64,000 nucleotides of DNA from an uncultured virus (IMG/VR IMGVR_UViG_3300027708_000061) (Duplodnaviria > Heunggongvirae > Uroviricota > Caudoviricetes), in IMG/VR virus record IMGVR_UViG_3300027708_000061; one strand, written 5' to 3'. Under the pieces are notes generated by a model. The model was given only the letters and a program-made list of their open reading frames with translations, ran no database searches and was not told the DNA's origin. The stretch's first letter is position 1. Every line of letters starts with the position of its first letter. This document shows, one piece after another, positions 1 through 10,082 of this stretch. A program made the position numbers and the translations under genes.

Positions 1-50
1 TGTGTTGCCACGATGTGTTTCTCCTTGTTTGCGTAATGGATTCGTAATTG

Positions 51-72
51 GGGGGCTGGCGAACCAGCCCCC
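51..72 (-). terminator. GC-rich hairpin downstream of the capsid gene
   Basis: GGGGGCTGG/CCAGCCCCC stem, UUCG loop on the minus strand; no U-tract, so terminator or stability hairpin. Confidence 0.55.
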
Positions 73-96
73 CTACCCTACGAGAGGCTTTGGCTA

Positions 97-1248
97 TTAA
101 GCGGTGTAGACCTTAACGATAGCCTGGTCGGTGATAACACCTAGACCCCAGATTGCGTACCATGCTAGTGCGTGCTCACGACCGAAGTCTAGAACACCAC
201 CGTCACGGAGTTCAACTGGTAGAGAGATTGCGTGACCGAAAGCGTTGTCACCAATCATGATTGACTCGTAAACGTCAGTAGCAGTAGTACCAGTAGTTGC
301 AGCAGCACCAGTGTCAACTGGGTTACCTCCACCACCAGCAACGCTGTTGACCTTAACTGCGTTGGTACCAGCGTATGAAGTCTGGTCAGCAGGGTTGCTG
401 CTAACTGACTGGCTGTAAGCGAAGGATGAGTTACTTGCGATGTTTGTACCTGAAGCCAACTTGTTAACCTGTGTGGTCTCGATGAACACGACGTCGTATA
501 GACGACCGATTTCACCTAGCATGAAGTTACCTGGAGCAGCGTACTTGGTTACTTCAATGAACTCTGGGTTCGAGCGAAGGTCACGAGACTGCTTAGGGTG
601 GATGAACTGAACGTATGTCTCACCAATGCGAGGGATGTTCTTACCTGCAAGGGTTAGAGCAGCATCCTTGATAGCAGCAGTTGTCAACTTGTGGTCTGCA
701 GTAACAGTTCCAAGGCTAGTAGCCTTTGAGCCTTCGTTGTACAGGTTGAAGTTAGTAGAACTGTTGTATGCAGAGCGGTCATAACCGAAGACTGCTGAAG
801 TAGCAGCACCTAGAGTCTGACGAGCCTGTACATCAAGGTACTGAGCCATGTGGCGACCTAGCAAACGAGATGCAGAAGCCATGATGTCATCGAACGATGC
901 GTTTAGCAATAGTTCAGAGACAGCAACACCGTAGCCGTGTTCGGCAACAGTAATAGCAATCTGCTCTGCAGTTAGAGCGTTGGTAGTCATACGTACACCT
1001 TCAGTTAGTGGAGTTGGGTCCACTGAGAAGTTCTTGTAACGTAGGAAGTTAACACGTAGACCTGGTGCAACACCAAGTTCGGTCTTCTTCACAGCGAACT
1101 GCTCAAAGCGAAGAATAGGCATCGCTTGGAACAGGATTTCTTTAGACCAAATGGTCTGGATTGACTGGCTTAACTGTGAGTTAGAGCCAGAGTAAGCGGT
1201 AGGGGCACCTGCAAGGGCACCAGTACCAGTTATAGCAGAACCTGCCAT
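97..1248 (-). CDS. major capsid protein (HK97 fold, N4-gp56-like)
   Basis: 383 aa; EHGYGVAVSELL, FIHPKQSRDLR, GEIGRLYDVVFIET motifs; downstream of scaffold and portal; AAGGAG RBS. Confidence 0.9.
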   Translation of the reverse strand: MAGSAITGTGALAGAPTAYSGSNSQLSQSIQTIWSKEILFQAMPILRFEQFAVKKTELGVAPGLRVNFLRYKNFSVDPTPLTEGVRMTTNALTAEQIAITVAEHGYGVAVSELLLNASFDDIMASASRLLGRHMAQYLDVQARQTLGAATSAVFGYDRSAYNSSTNFNLYNEGSKATSLGTVTADHKLTTAAIKDAALTLAGKNIPRIGETYVQFIHPKQSRDLRSNPEFIEVTKYAAPGNFMLGEIGRLYDVVFIETTQVNKLASGTNIASNSSFAYSQSVSSNPADQTSYAGTNAVKVNSVAGGGGNPVDTGAAATTGTTATDVYESIMIGDNAFGHAISLPVELRDGGVLDFGREHALAWYAIWGLGVITDQAIVKVYTA

Positions 1249-1286
1249 TTGTTTGCTCCTTTCAAGAGCGGTATTAGGTTAGGTGA

Positions 1287-2045
1287 TTAATTACCGAACA
1301 GCCCTTGTCCACGGTTATTGCCGCCAAGCAACTTGGCACGATTCTTCGCATAATCAGCCAAAGACATCTTAGAGATGTCATCAGGAGAGTATGACCTAGG
1401 GTCCGAGTCATTGTCCAGGGGTCCAGAGGCAGGAGCCGTAATTCGGGTTCCTACCATCTCTTTGCGGGTCTGCTGTGATGCGTTCGCAACAGAATCCACG
1501 ATTTGAGCAGTCTTGTCTTTCAATCTAGAAATGCTTTGCTCAATGTCATCTCTAGAATCACCAGCAATCATGTCAATTAGTTCTGGCATGATGTTGTCAC
1601 GTTCAGCCTCAAGACGCTGCTGACGGTACTGCTGAAGTTCTTGGAACTCACGCTCACGTTCAAGAAGTGCGAATGCCTTCTCACGCTCTGAACGCTCTGC
1701 TTCAAGTTTTTCTGACCATTCTTGCTCCTTAGTTTTAAGGAGGTCTTTGAAGGTCATTTCTTCTTCTTCTTTAGCCTTCTTTTCGGCTTCACGTTCTGCG
1801 TCACGCTGTAGGCGTGCTGTTTTACGTGCTTCCTCTTGGGCAATGCGTTCTTCACGCTCTTTACGAAGAAGGGATAGTTCTTCCTGCAACTTATCAATCT
1901 GCGGATACAGTTTCTGCTTTTCCTGTGCACGAGCCTTTGAGATGTCATCGGCTGTGAATGTAGGTAGTGGCTTCACTTCTTCTGCTAGTGCTTCAATAGT
2001 TACTGGGGTTTCAACAGCATCTGCTGTCAGGTTGTTTTCATCCAT
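1287..2045 (-). CDS. capsid scaffolding protein
   Basis: E/K/R-rich coiled coil directly upstream of capsid gene; start may be 2045 or 2063. Confidence 0.75.
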   Translation of the reverse strand: MDENNLTADAVETPVTIEALAEEVKPLPTFTADDISKARAQEKQKLYPQIDKLQEELSLLRKEREERIAQEEARKTARLQRDAEREAEKKAKEEEEMTFKDLLKTKEQEWSEKLEAERSEREKAFALLEREREFQELQQYRQQRLEAERDNIMPELIDMIAGDSRDDIEQSISRLKDKTAQIVDSVANASQQTRKEMVGTRITAPASGPLDNDSDPRSYSPDDISKMSLADYAKNRAKLLGGNNRGQGLFGN

Positions 2046-2129
2046 AATGGGTTCTGCTTTCATTCTCGATGGTCGTTTTCCGAATGCCTTGCGGCGTACC
2101 ACATGACCTTGTCAGTTTGTTACAAGATA

Positions 2130-2165
2130 AGGATGCCTAAAAAAAGCCTTCTTGTCTTGCTAAAC
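2130..2165 (-). promoter_or_regulatory. putative late promoter GTTTAG-N24-CATCCT
   Basis: Same fixed geometry as six other sites; precedes scaffold and capsid. Confidence 0.65.
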
Positions 2166-2189
2166 CTCAATGATTTATTGAGGAATTCT

Positions 2190-3920
2190 TTAATCTTTAT
2201 CTACAGTTCTGCGTGATGGAAGTTGAGTTCCATAAGCATCTTGTACTAAGTCTTGACGAATTTGTTGTTCACCCTGTAACTCCATACCAACTTCTTGTTG
2301 CCCCTGTGGAGTAGGGTTCTGCGGGTCATTAGGACCCAAAATACCATCGCCAAGTATGTCTCCATCACCCATCATCATTGGGTCCATAGGAGTGGCAGTA
2401 CCGTCAGGACCTGGCATCATGCCAGTCATGTCCATAATCTGCTTCTGTACTTGAATCTTAATAAGGTTGAGAGCACCATCTGCTTGAGCATCTTCAATGA
2501 GTTCCATACGAATCTCTTCGAGTTTCTCTTCAGGGAATTCTTCACCAAGAGCACGCAAGGCACCTTCTTTAGACTCAAGACCCATAGACATCTTCTGCTG
2601 TAGTTCGTTAAGAAGTACTAGTTTGTCTAGAGGTAGAGGCTGTGGGAAATGAGCATAAGTAATGTATGTAATAGGGTCATTAGGGTCAAGTTCTGGTAAC
2701 TGACCTTCTTTAATTGGACCGTCTTGGTTTGGGTCATACTTTAAACTGTCAGGTTCTTTAATAGCAAGGTTAAGAATAATAAGTTCATTAATCTTTTCTA
2801 AACCCTTGCCGTACTGAGCCTTCTTCTGGGAATAGCGGTTCATCAAAGGCTGGAACTGAATAGAAAGTGCAACGCCCGAAGTGTTTGAGATTGGCTGAAC
2901 CTGACCCAAAGCAGTCTCTGGAACATTCATAAGTTCGTGCATAGAACGCTTAAGCATCTCTAGGTATTGCATAGCACCACCTAGACCAGCAGCACCACCT
3001 TCAAGGTTGAACACCTGAGCGTCTTTAGGTAGACCACCCCAGACTTTCTTTGCACCCTTTTCAAGGTTAGAAGCCTTAGCACCAACAATAACTGTCACAG
3101 GGGCAGCGTGGTAGTTGATGATGTCAGCAATGTCTGTGGAGATTTCGTTGTACGAACGGTTCACAGTAATAATGTCATGGGCATCTGCTAGACCCCATGG
3201 GGAACCTGATACAGGGATGTTTGGAATGTGGACAACAGGAATCAAACCTAGTGGATTTGGTCTTGAGTCAATAAGTTCGTCATTGATGTATTCTTCGATG
3301 ATGTCATCGGTAAGAATTTCGGTGTAGGTAAAGACCTGACGGGTACCTTCAAGGCTTGTGCCCCAGAAACGGTACTTCTGTTTGAATCTAAGTAGGCGAG
3401 TTCTATCGTGTGGGTGGAACTCTGGGAAACAGAACGCTGGGTTCATTGGAAGGATGCGGACACGCCCTGGGTGGAAGCGACCAATACTGTCGTCCCAAGG
3501 CTCTTCGTAGGCTACTTTAACAAAGCAGTCTCCATTAACGGCACCAGTCTGTGACATCTCAAACAAGACTCGCATCTTGTCGTTGTCAATCTCCCAAACT
3601 CTTTCAAGTCTGCTAGGAATGATAGCCTCAGTAAGTTTTGGGCTACGGAAGTGGATACCATTACCAAAAGTAAAACGGGTTAGATAGTCAATGAATGCAC
3701 GGTAATAGTTAAGGGAAATTTGCATTTCACCTTGTTCACGACGGTAACCCCAGTGGTGACCAAGATACATAGCCCAGTTAAGGCTGTAACGATTTAGTCG
3801 GGGACCGTGGACTTCAAATTCTTCATCAGCAAGTTCTACCAAACCTAATGGAGAGATGGAAATGGTAAGGTCTGACGACGCCGCCCTGTAACTCGGGGGA
3901 GAGAAGTCCATAAAAGACAT
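2190..3920 (-). CDS. portal protein
   Basis: 576 aa; NPLGLIPVVHIPN and SGVAL motifs of SPP1-gp6-like portals; between terminase and scaffold. Confidence 0.9.
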   Translation of the reverse strand: MSFMDFSPPSYRAASSDLTISISPLGLVELADEEFEVHGPRLNRYSLNWAMYLGHHWGYRREQGEMQISLNYYRAFIDYLTRFTFGNGIHFRSPKLTEAIIPSRLERVWEIDNDKMRVLFEMSQTGAVNGDCFVKVAYEEPWDDSIGRFHPGRVRILPMNPAFCFPEFHPHDRTRLLRFKQKYRFWGTSLEGTRQVFTYTEILTDDIIEEYINDELIDSRPNPLGLIPVVHIPNIPVSGSPWGLADAHDIITVNRSYNEISTDIADIINYHAAPVTVIVGAKASNLEKGAKKVWGGLPKDAQVFNLEGGAAGLGGAMQYLEMLKRSMHELMNVPETALGQVQPISNTSGVALSIQFQPLMNRYSQKKAQYGKGLEKINELIILNLAIKEPDSLKYDPNQDGPIKEGQLPELDPNDPITYITYAHFPQPLPLDKLVLLNELQQKMSMGLESKEGALRALGEEFPEEKLEEIRMELIEDAQADGALNLIKIQVQKQIMDMTGMMPGPDGTATPMDPMMMGDGDILGDGILGPNDPQNPTPQGQQEVGMELQGEQQIRQDLVQDAYGTQLPSRRTVDKD

Positions 3921-4165
3921 TAGTCGTCCTTACTGCGTGCTTTGTGCTTACGGGCAAGTATAGCCTTTTTCTTTGCTTCAAAGCGTTGTTTGGCTAGTTT
4001 CTCTTGCTTAGTCTTTTCAGAAGTTTCAATGAATCTACCCCCGTGCTTTTCGTACTGAGAGTGAACCCAGTGACTCGCACCAGGACTAGGGTAGGTAGCG
4101 TATTTAGCCTTAGCCTGTGCGACAAACATTGCATACATTTTAGGGTTGGCTGGAACCTGTGCCAT
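3920..4165 (-). CDS. small basic hypothetical protein
   Basis: 81 aa, RBS, TAATG coupling to portal. Confidence 0.7.
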   Translation of the reverse strand: MAQVPANPKMYAMFVAQAKAKYATYPSPGASHWVHSQYEKHGGRFIETSEKTKQEKLAKQRFEAKKKAILARKHKARSKDD

Positions 4166-4231
4166 CTTATCTCCTCAAGCCGAAAACCGCCCTCCGCCCT
4201 TATGGAGCGGAAGGCAAGTTAACGGAGGTAA

Positions 4232-4627
4232 TTAGTCCTGAACTACAGTTGGGTTAAGACGCATTGTACGTCCACCAGAAACAACCTTAGTTTCAACAAT
4301 CTGCTCTGAGTAGTTCGTAAATGAACCGTGAGCAAATTCGCCAAGATAGGTTGGTGCTTCAATCCATGATGCAGAACCAACGTGGGCACGTTCTGCCATG
4401 GTCTGGTCTGCTGGCTTCTGCCATACTGGAGCGTTGCGGTTTGGACGACCAGGAGCGGCTGCAAAGCCGTTCATGATGCCTGTCTCAAAATCGGTTGGGA
4501 CGTCAGTATCGGTTGCGATACCTTCTTCGAAACGTAGAGGACCACGGCGTTCGAGGTTGCCTGCACCCTTCATTTCGTACATCTGTGGTGCTCTTTCAGG
4601 GAACATTGGTGCTGGACCGATACCCAT
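4232..4627 (-). CDS. hypothetical protein, probably virion-associated
   Basis: 131 aa, AAGGAG RBS, head module. Confidence 0.7.
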   Translation of the reverse strand: MGIGPAPMFPERAPQMYEMKGAGNLERRGPLRFEEGIATDTDVPTDFETGIMNGFAAAPGRPNRNAPVWQKPADQTMAERAHVGSASWIEAPTYLGEFAHGSFTNYSEQIVETKVVSGGRTMRLNPTVVQD

Positions 4628-4678
4628 AGGTAATCTCCTTAAATCGGGAATGGAAAGGAACTAGTATTTCCATTAATA

Positions 4679-4714
4679 AGTGTCCCTTGTTTATTGGGCT
4701 TTCGCACCCCAAAC
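4679..4714 (-). promoter_or_regulatory. putative late promoter GTTTGG-N24-GACACT
   Basis: Intergenic, same geometry, upstream of portal unit. Confidence 0.55.
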
Positions 4715-4723
4715 TCAAACTTT

Positions 4724-6307
4724 TTAGAAGAATGCCCCACTACTTACTTCAACTTCTGGCATGACAAGTTCTTGAGTTAGAGAGCAAGCAATTGCCAATG
4801 AGTCTACAAAGTCATCATGAGCGTAGGTCTCGTCTGGAGCCGCAACCATAAAGTTAGGACCTTTGTATTGAATTTCAGCATCAGTCATTTGCTGATAGAA
4901 ACGTTTCCATACACGCAATCTACGGGTATGAGCATGTGCTGGGTAGGTCAAAGCCTGACGTTGAATAAGAGCCTGTAAATGCTTGTAACGCCTAGATTGT
5001 TCTGTAGGGCTAGATGTAACTGCCACTACTTCTGCACGACCCATAAGGAGTTTTAAACGTTGGGCAACAGCATCTCCAACACCGTTGGCGTCTACTCCAA
5101 TAGCAAGTACGTCGTAGTTACTGAGGAAGTTGACTATTTGAAAGTACTGTTCTTCCCAGTCGTCACCCTGTAATTCGAGCCAGTTAAGTACTCTGTGGTC
5201 AAAATAGCCAAATTCATCAGGTCTATCCCAGTCAACCCATACGACTGTAACGACAGTGGAGTCAACTTTTCGTGCAGGGTCAATTCCAACGACCACTGGC
5301 GTTTTGTGCCACGATTTGACGAGTTCCTGAGAAGTGTCACCCAAAGCATCCAAAGCGGAACTCGTGACAAACATGCCTCGTTCAAGTAGCCATTTACAGT
5401 TATACGACATCTGGAACTCATCGGAATCCTCTCCAATACGTAGCATTTCTTGCTTAATAAACTTGTGGTATTTAGGGTTTACCTTAGCCACTTCACGCCA
5501 GTCCCATTGGAAATGATTTTGCCTATTGCCTCGCTGAGTTTGCAACCGCTTGTTCAATTGAATGGCTTTATAGAAGTTGTTCTTGCTGGTTGTAGGTGTA
5601 CCAGTCTTCACCATGGTACCTGCGTAGTACGCAAGCATCGGAGAGATTGACTTGGCTACTACGAAGTCATCTGCTTCCTGACACTCGTCAATAACAATAA
5701 GGTGGAACGACTTAGACTCAATCTTTGCTCTTGGGTTAGCAGTCATCATTGTTATGGAGGAGCCAGAGTTCTTAAGTCGAATTTGGCGAGTAACTCCACC
5801 AATACGTTTGGCTTCGTCATCAATCTCTGAGTCACCCAGAACTTCTAAGGCTCGTTCTGAGGTTAAACGAGTAACTGTTCTATTGAACAGGGTTTCTGCC
5901 TGTCCTTCCGTAGGAGCAAACAGACCTACCCAAATACCGTCTTTAAACTGACCTAGAAGGTCTGGGTATAGTTTGGCTAGACGAGGTAACAAAATCATTA
6001 GAGTGGCTACAGTGTCCGCTACAGTTTCGGATTTACCTGACTGACGAGATGCTAAAGCGGTGACCTCTTTACCGTCACCAATAATGACGGACTCCATCAT
6101 TCTCCGTGCCAGAGGTTTCTGATACGTATGGAGGTCGTGTCCAACAAGGACGACAAGAAACTGCATCATCTTGTCTACAAGGCGGTTTACAAAGTCTTGA
6201 GATAACTCATCAAGTTGCTCATCGGCTTCAAAAGACTCAGTATCAGCAGGCTCGCTCGTATAGTATTCGGGGTTTATTTCCTCGAACTTATCGTCTTCAA
6301 AACTCAT
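4724..6307 (-). CDS. terminase large subunit
   Basis: Walker A SRQSGKS, Walker B LIVIDE, GTP coupling motif, nuclease GIDPA and HDDFVDS. Confidence 0.93.
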   Translation of the reverse strand: MSFEDDKFEEINPEYYTSEPADTESFEADEQLDELSQDFVNRLVDKMMQFLVVLVGHDLHTYQKPLARRMMESVIIGDGKEVTALASRQSGKSETVADTVATLMILLPRLAKLYPDLLGQFKDGIWVGLFAPTEGQAETLFNRTVTRLTSERALEVLGDSEIDDEAKRIGGVTRQIRLKNSGSSITMMTANPRAKIESKSFHLIVIDECQEADDFVVAKSISPMLAYYAGTMVKTGTPTTSKNNFYKAIQLNKRLQTQRGNRQNHFQWDWREVAKVNPKYHKFIKQEMLRIGEDSDEFQMSYNCKWLLERGMFVTSSALDALGDTSQELVKSWHKTPVVVGIDPARKVDSTVVTVVWVDWDRPDEFGYFDHRVLNWLELQGDDWEEQYFQIVNFLSNYDVLAIGVDANGVGDAVAQRLKLLMGRAEVVAVTSSPTEQSRRYKHLQALIQRQALTYPAHAHTRRLRVWKRFYQQMTDAEIQYKGPNFMVAAPDETYAHDDFVDSLAIACSLTQELVMPEVEVSSGAFF

Positions 6308-6533
6308 TTTCGGACCTTTTTAGTAGTTCTTGAATAATAGCGAGTAATGCTTCTGCACCAATCTCGGCTTCTTTCAAGGCTTCTGGCGTACCGCCACGCA
6401 TACCAGCAATGTTTTTGCCGATAGTGTAAAGCGAGTTCTCTGCCCAGACAGTTAGTTCAGGACTTGAAATCCCACCAACCCTCTTCTGCAGTTTGGTCTG
6501 GGGCTGGCGTCCAGCCTTCTTCAAAATCTTCAT
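6297..6533 (-). CDS. hypothetical protein
   Basis: 78 aa overlapping terminase start. Confidence 0.55.
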   Translation of the reverse strand: MKILKKAGRQPQTKLQKRVGGISSPELTVWAENSLYTIGKNIAGMRGGTPEALKEAEIGAEALLAIIQELLKRSENEF

Positions 6534-6777
6534 AAGTTAGTAGCCGTCCTTGCATTGCGTTATTGAGTGCCGATTCTTCGTCTTCTTGTTGACCAGTCCA
6601 CTTGCCAAAAACAATTGCCTTATGGAACGGTAATCTAAAGATTACTGGAGTAGCAATTCGAAAAGGCTCTTCAATTTCTTGAGTCCAACCACGTACCACT
6701 ATTTTCCATCCCCATTTAACTGGGAAATCAATTACTTGTATAAACCGAGTTTTTCCGATTTCGTGTACCTTGGGCAT
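6457..6777 (-). CDS. hypothetical protein
   Basis: 106 aa in operon. Confidence 0.65.
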   Translation of the reverse strand: MPKVHEIGKTRFIQVIDFPVKWGWKIVVRGWTQEIEEPFRIATPVIFRLPFHKAIVFGKWTGQQEDEESALNNAMQGRLLTYEDFEEGWTPAPDQTAEEGWWDFKS

Positions 6778-6783
6778 GTATTC

Positions 6784-7620
6784 CTATGGTTTATGCGGTC
6801 GATGAGCCTTACCAGCAGTAGCAGGGTTCTTACCTGCTTTTGCTCGCCTGTTTGCTTCTGCAATGGTATCACGTTCAAACTTCCTTTGACGTCTAGCCGC
6901 TGCTGGAGTTCTATAGTCTTGAACAGCATCAAACAGAAGTTGGTTGGTTCTAGCGGTTCTATAAAGTTCTTCTTGGGCTCTTGCCGAAGCGTAAGACATG
7001 TCTGCCATGCCACGAGGTTTCTTGTCTAGCCAACGCTTGATGTACCAGCCTTTAGACCAAGAACCACGGAAAGATTCCCACATGTGCGGAGTCACATCGT
7101 AGTAGTTGTAAAACGTACTATCACGAAAAACGACTGTAAGAACTCTACGAGCAGGGTCATACCCAGCAGCCACGGTGCGTGGACGTCTTGGGTTGGAAGA
7201 AGATGTTGGGCGGATTGTGATGGGAGCAGGGCTCTCCATGTCAGCACCAACACGAGCATCCGCTGCAAAGTTGGTGTAATTAGGGACGGTTAACTCACCG
7301 TTAGCGTCATAGTTTAAGTACTCGCCAGCGGTGACTTCATAACCCATACCTGCTGCTTTTTCAATTTCATCATTGAAAATAGCAAGGCTCTCTACAAAAA
7401 GACCTGTCTTAGCGGTTTTGCCGTAGCGAGAAGGCAGGGGAAGGGGAGCAGCGACACCCTCTGCTCCCCCTTGCAAAAGTTTTTTATACTGCTCATCGGC
7501 AGACCTTTTGCTAATACCAAAGCCACCGCCACGACCCACACGTGAGTCGTTGCGGTTCTGCAGTTCTTGTGCAGATGGAGACGAATGGGGTATTCGACCC
7601 TGAGTTCTACCTCTAGCCAT
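6784..7620 (-). CDS. KTSC-domain protein
   Basis: AGYDPARRVLTVVFRDSTFYNYYDV...SKGWYI fits the KTSC pattern. Confidence 0.75.
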   Translation of the reverse strand: MARGRTQGRIPHSSPSAQELQNRNDSRVGRGGGFGISKRSADEQYKKLLQGGAEGVAAPLPLPSRYGKTAKTGLFVESLAIFNDEIEKAAGMGYEVTAGEYLNYDANGELTVPNYTNFAADARVGADMESPAPITIRPTSSSNPRRPRTVAAGYDPARRVLTVVFRDSTFYNYYDVTPHMWESFRGSWSKGWYIKRWLDKKPRGMADMSYASARAQEELYRTARTNQLLFDAVQDYRTPAAARRQRKFERDTIAEANRRAKAGKNPATAGKAHRPHKP

Positions 7621-7643
7621 GGTACTGCCCTGTTGTTAGTTTT

Positions 7644-9740
7644 TTAGTTGTATAAGTTGTATGTAACTGTTGTTGAACCAACCTGGGCATCGCTGATGTT
7701 TTGGCTACCAATTACAACAGTGTTGGTACGGATACCTGGAACAACTGATGCTGGGTAGAACACTAGTGGTGTAGCACCTGGGTCAGCAGTTAGAGCCTTG
7801 CTGATGGTCAATGCGTTTGTTGAACGAGAAGTAACAAATGTTCCATCAGGGATACCAGCACCAGTAACAATGCAGTTAACCATGCTTGCAACACCTGTCG
7901 CAACGTTCAAAGTGTAACCACCTGAAGTAGAGGATGCTGAAGTTGCTACAAAGTTGTCGCTTGCAGCAGCAAATGTAGCCGCACCAGTTAGACCAGTCAA
8001 AGCGTACTGGAATGAAGTAGTGCTTGGAACAGCGGTTACTTGCACTGCATTAATCAAGTTAGTTGAAATTGAACTGTTCAACTTAGAGGTTGCAACAGTA
8101 CCAAAAGTAAGTAGGTTCTTGAAAGTAACTAACTTGCTTGAGAAGGTACCAAATGCAGCCTGACTTAGGGTGACGGTTGTTCCGCTAATTGCAGTGATGA
8201 TAGTTCCATCAAGGATACCAGCACCGACAACAGTCTGACCAACAACCAAAGCAGTGTTGTTGTCTACAGTTAGGCTGGTTGAACCTGCGGTACCTGAAGC
8301 AAACTTAGCAAGGCTAAAGGTTACTGCGGTAGTGCTTAGAGCCAAAGTAGTAGCCTTGCTCAAAGTGATTGAGGTAGTTCCACCACCAGATGATACGTAA
8401 GTACCGTCAGGGATACCGACACCAGTCACTAAGTGACCGTTAGCAGTGTTGGTAGCAACGTTTACACCAGTACCTGTTGGGATAGTCAGTGTAGTTGAAC
8501 CAGAAGTAGCAGTACCAGTGGTAACTACTGACTGAGCAACTAGGGCTGCAGTGCTAGTGCTAGAACCGCTTAGAGTAACCGAAGTTCCAGTGATTGCTGA
8601 TACGGTAGTTCCAGGAGGAACACCAGGACCAGTAACAATTGCTGAGGTAGCGATGTTGGTTGCGTCAGCAACTACCAAAGCAGTAGATGTGTTTGGCACA
8701 ATACCAGTGGTAGCAGCCAAAACAGTAGAATTGATAACGCTGACTGAGTCACCTACGTTTAGACCGTGAGCAGCAACAGTGCTTACAGTTGCAGTTCCTG
8801 CAGTTGCAGTTCCTGAGTAAGCAACAGTTCTTGCGGCTACTGCCTGAGTAGGAACGCTTGCAAATGTTACGGAAGCACCGTTAGCAATAGCAGCAGTGGT
8901 AGGCAAAGATAAACCAACAGAAGTACCGTTTAGATACTGGACAACAGTTCCAGAAGCAAAACCAGTACCAGTCACAGTCATACCAACAGTTACCGCAGTA
9001 GTTGAGGTAGCGACCAAAGTCGATACACCAGCAGCAAGTGCTCCGTTAACAGTGGTTGCAACGCTCTTGCTAACCACTACTGCACAAGCAGTGTAGCCAG
9101 AAGATGCACCTGCAACAGTACCTGATGCTGTGTGGGTGAAGGTAAATGCGTCTGTAGTTAGACCAGAAGCAAGAACTGTCCACACACCGTTGAAGTCAAG
9201 AACACCAGCAGCAGTTAGACCATAAATGGCTACTACGTCACCTGCAAGAAATCCGTGAGCAGTTGCGTTAATAGTAACTACTGCAGCGGAACGTGATGCA
9301 CCAATAACTACGACACGACCACCAGCGACGCTAGAAGAAGTAATGGTTCCAGTAGAACCATTGTCACGCAAAGCATCTTTGGCGTTAACATCGGTTAGAC
9401 CGTCTACCTTTGGGACGGTTACTTGTGGAGTGTATGTGTACTGCTGAGTATTGGTAACTGCAGTACCACTTGTGGCACGGCTGTAACTTCCATAGGCATT
9501 TCCAGTGAAAGATGGGTACCCGTTCCAACCAGCAAGAATGTTGTCGTGGTTGTCCTTAGAAGGAACAATACGCTTCTTGGTGGCGTCTACAAGGTCGGCA
9601 GCAGTTGCTGATGAAGTGGATACGTTAGTGTCCGATGCCACTGTGCGAACATCGTTTGGCTGTGGAGCAAAGTTACCCCATACGAAATCTACTTGTAGGT
9701 TTCCAGCACTGTCTAGGGGTTTGCCGCTATTAGATGGCAT
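7644..9740 (-). CDS. virion fibre/decoration protein with beta-rich repeats and PASTA-like segments
   Basis: 698 aa T/A/S/G/V-rich; five copies of V(T/V)GxG(I/V/F)xxGT; VTVPKVDGLT PASTA-like start. Confidence 0.65.
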   Translation of the reverse strand: MPSNSGKPLDSAGNLQVDFVWGNFAPQPNDVRTVASDTNVSTSSATAADLVDATKKRIVPSKDNHDNILAGWNGYPSFTGNAYGSYSRATSGTAVTNTQQYTYTPQVTVPKVDGLTDVNAKDALRDNGSTGTITSSSVAGGRVVVIGASRSAAVVTINATAHGFLAGDVVAIYGLTAAGVLDFNGVWTVLASGLTTDAFTFTHTASGTVAGASSGYTACAVVVSKSVATTVNGALAAGVSTLVATSTTAVTVGMTVTGTGFASGTVVQYLNGTSVGLSLPTTAAIANGASVTFASVPTQAVAARTVAYSGTATAGTATVSTVAAHGLNVGDSVSVINSTVLAATTGIVPNTSTALVVADATNIATSAIVTGPGVPPGTTVSAITGTSVTLSGSSTSTAALVAQSVVTTGTATSGSTTLTIPTGTGVNVATNTANGHLVTGVGIPDGTYVSSGGGTTSITLSKATTLALSTTAVTFSLAKFASGTAGSTSLTVDNNTALVVGQTVVGAGILDGTIITAISGTTVTLSQAAFGTFSSKLVTFKNLLTFGTVATSKLNSSISTNLINAVQVTAVPSTTSFQYALTGLTGAATFAAASDNFVATSASSTSGGYTLNVATGVASMVNCIVTGAGIPDGTFVTSRSTNALTISKALTADPGATPLVFYPASVVPGIRTNTVVIGSQNISDAQVGSTTVTYNLYN

Positions 9741-9743
9741 AAT

Positions 9744-9980
9744 TTATTTCTCGCTTTCGCAATCATGATTGTTGAGTTCGTCCTCGTAGAGGATTTCGCC
9801 GCACATCTTACATTGAAACATGCGGACATCATCTAGTGCAACGTGTAAGGAGTCGGCTGTTTGTGGTTCGTAAGCCCTTGGGTTCTGTGCCAGAACTTCA
9901 GGAGGAAACGGTCCACGAGGACTAGTTGGACCACTAGGGACGGCATGCCCCTGAATGGCAAATTTACGAATAATAGGCAC
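9744..9980 (-). CDS. small Zn-finger protein
   Basis: C-terminal CKMC...HDC. Confidence 0.7.
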   Translation of the reverse strand: MPIIRKFAIQGHAVPSGPTSPRGPFPPEVLAQNPRAYEPQTADSLHVALDDVRMFQCKMCGEILYEDELNNHDCESEK

Positions 9981-10032
9981 TAGTTAATACCTACCTCTCC
10001 GTTTAAAACGTTGTAACTTTCGCTACAGTAAA

Positions 10033-10068
10033 AGGTTGCCTTATTTGCACGGATTTGTAAGCCTAAAG
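10033..10068 (-). promoter_or_regulatory. putative late promoter CTTTAG-N24-CAACCT
   Basis: Intergenic, same geometry. Confidence 0.55.
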
Positions 10069-10082
10069 AGTAAAAATAGTTT

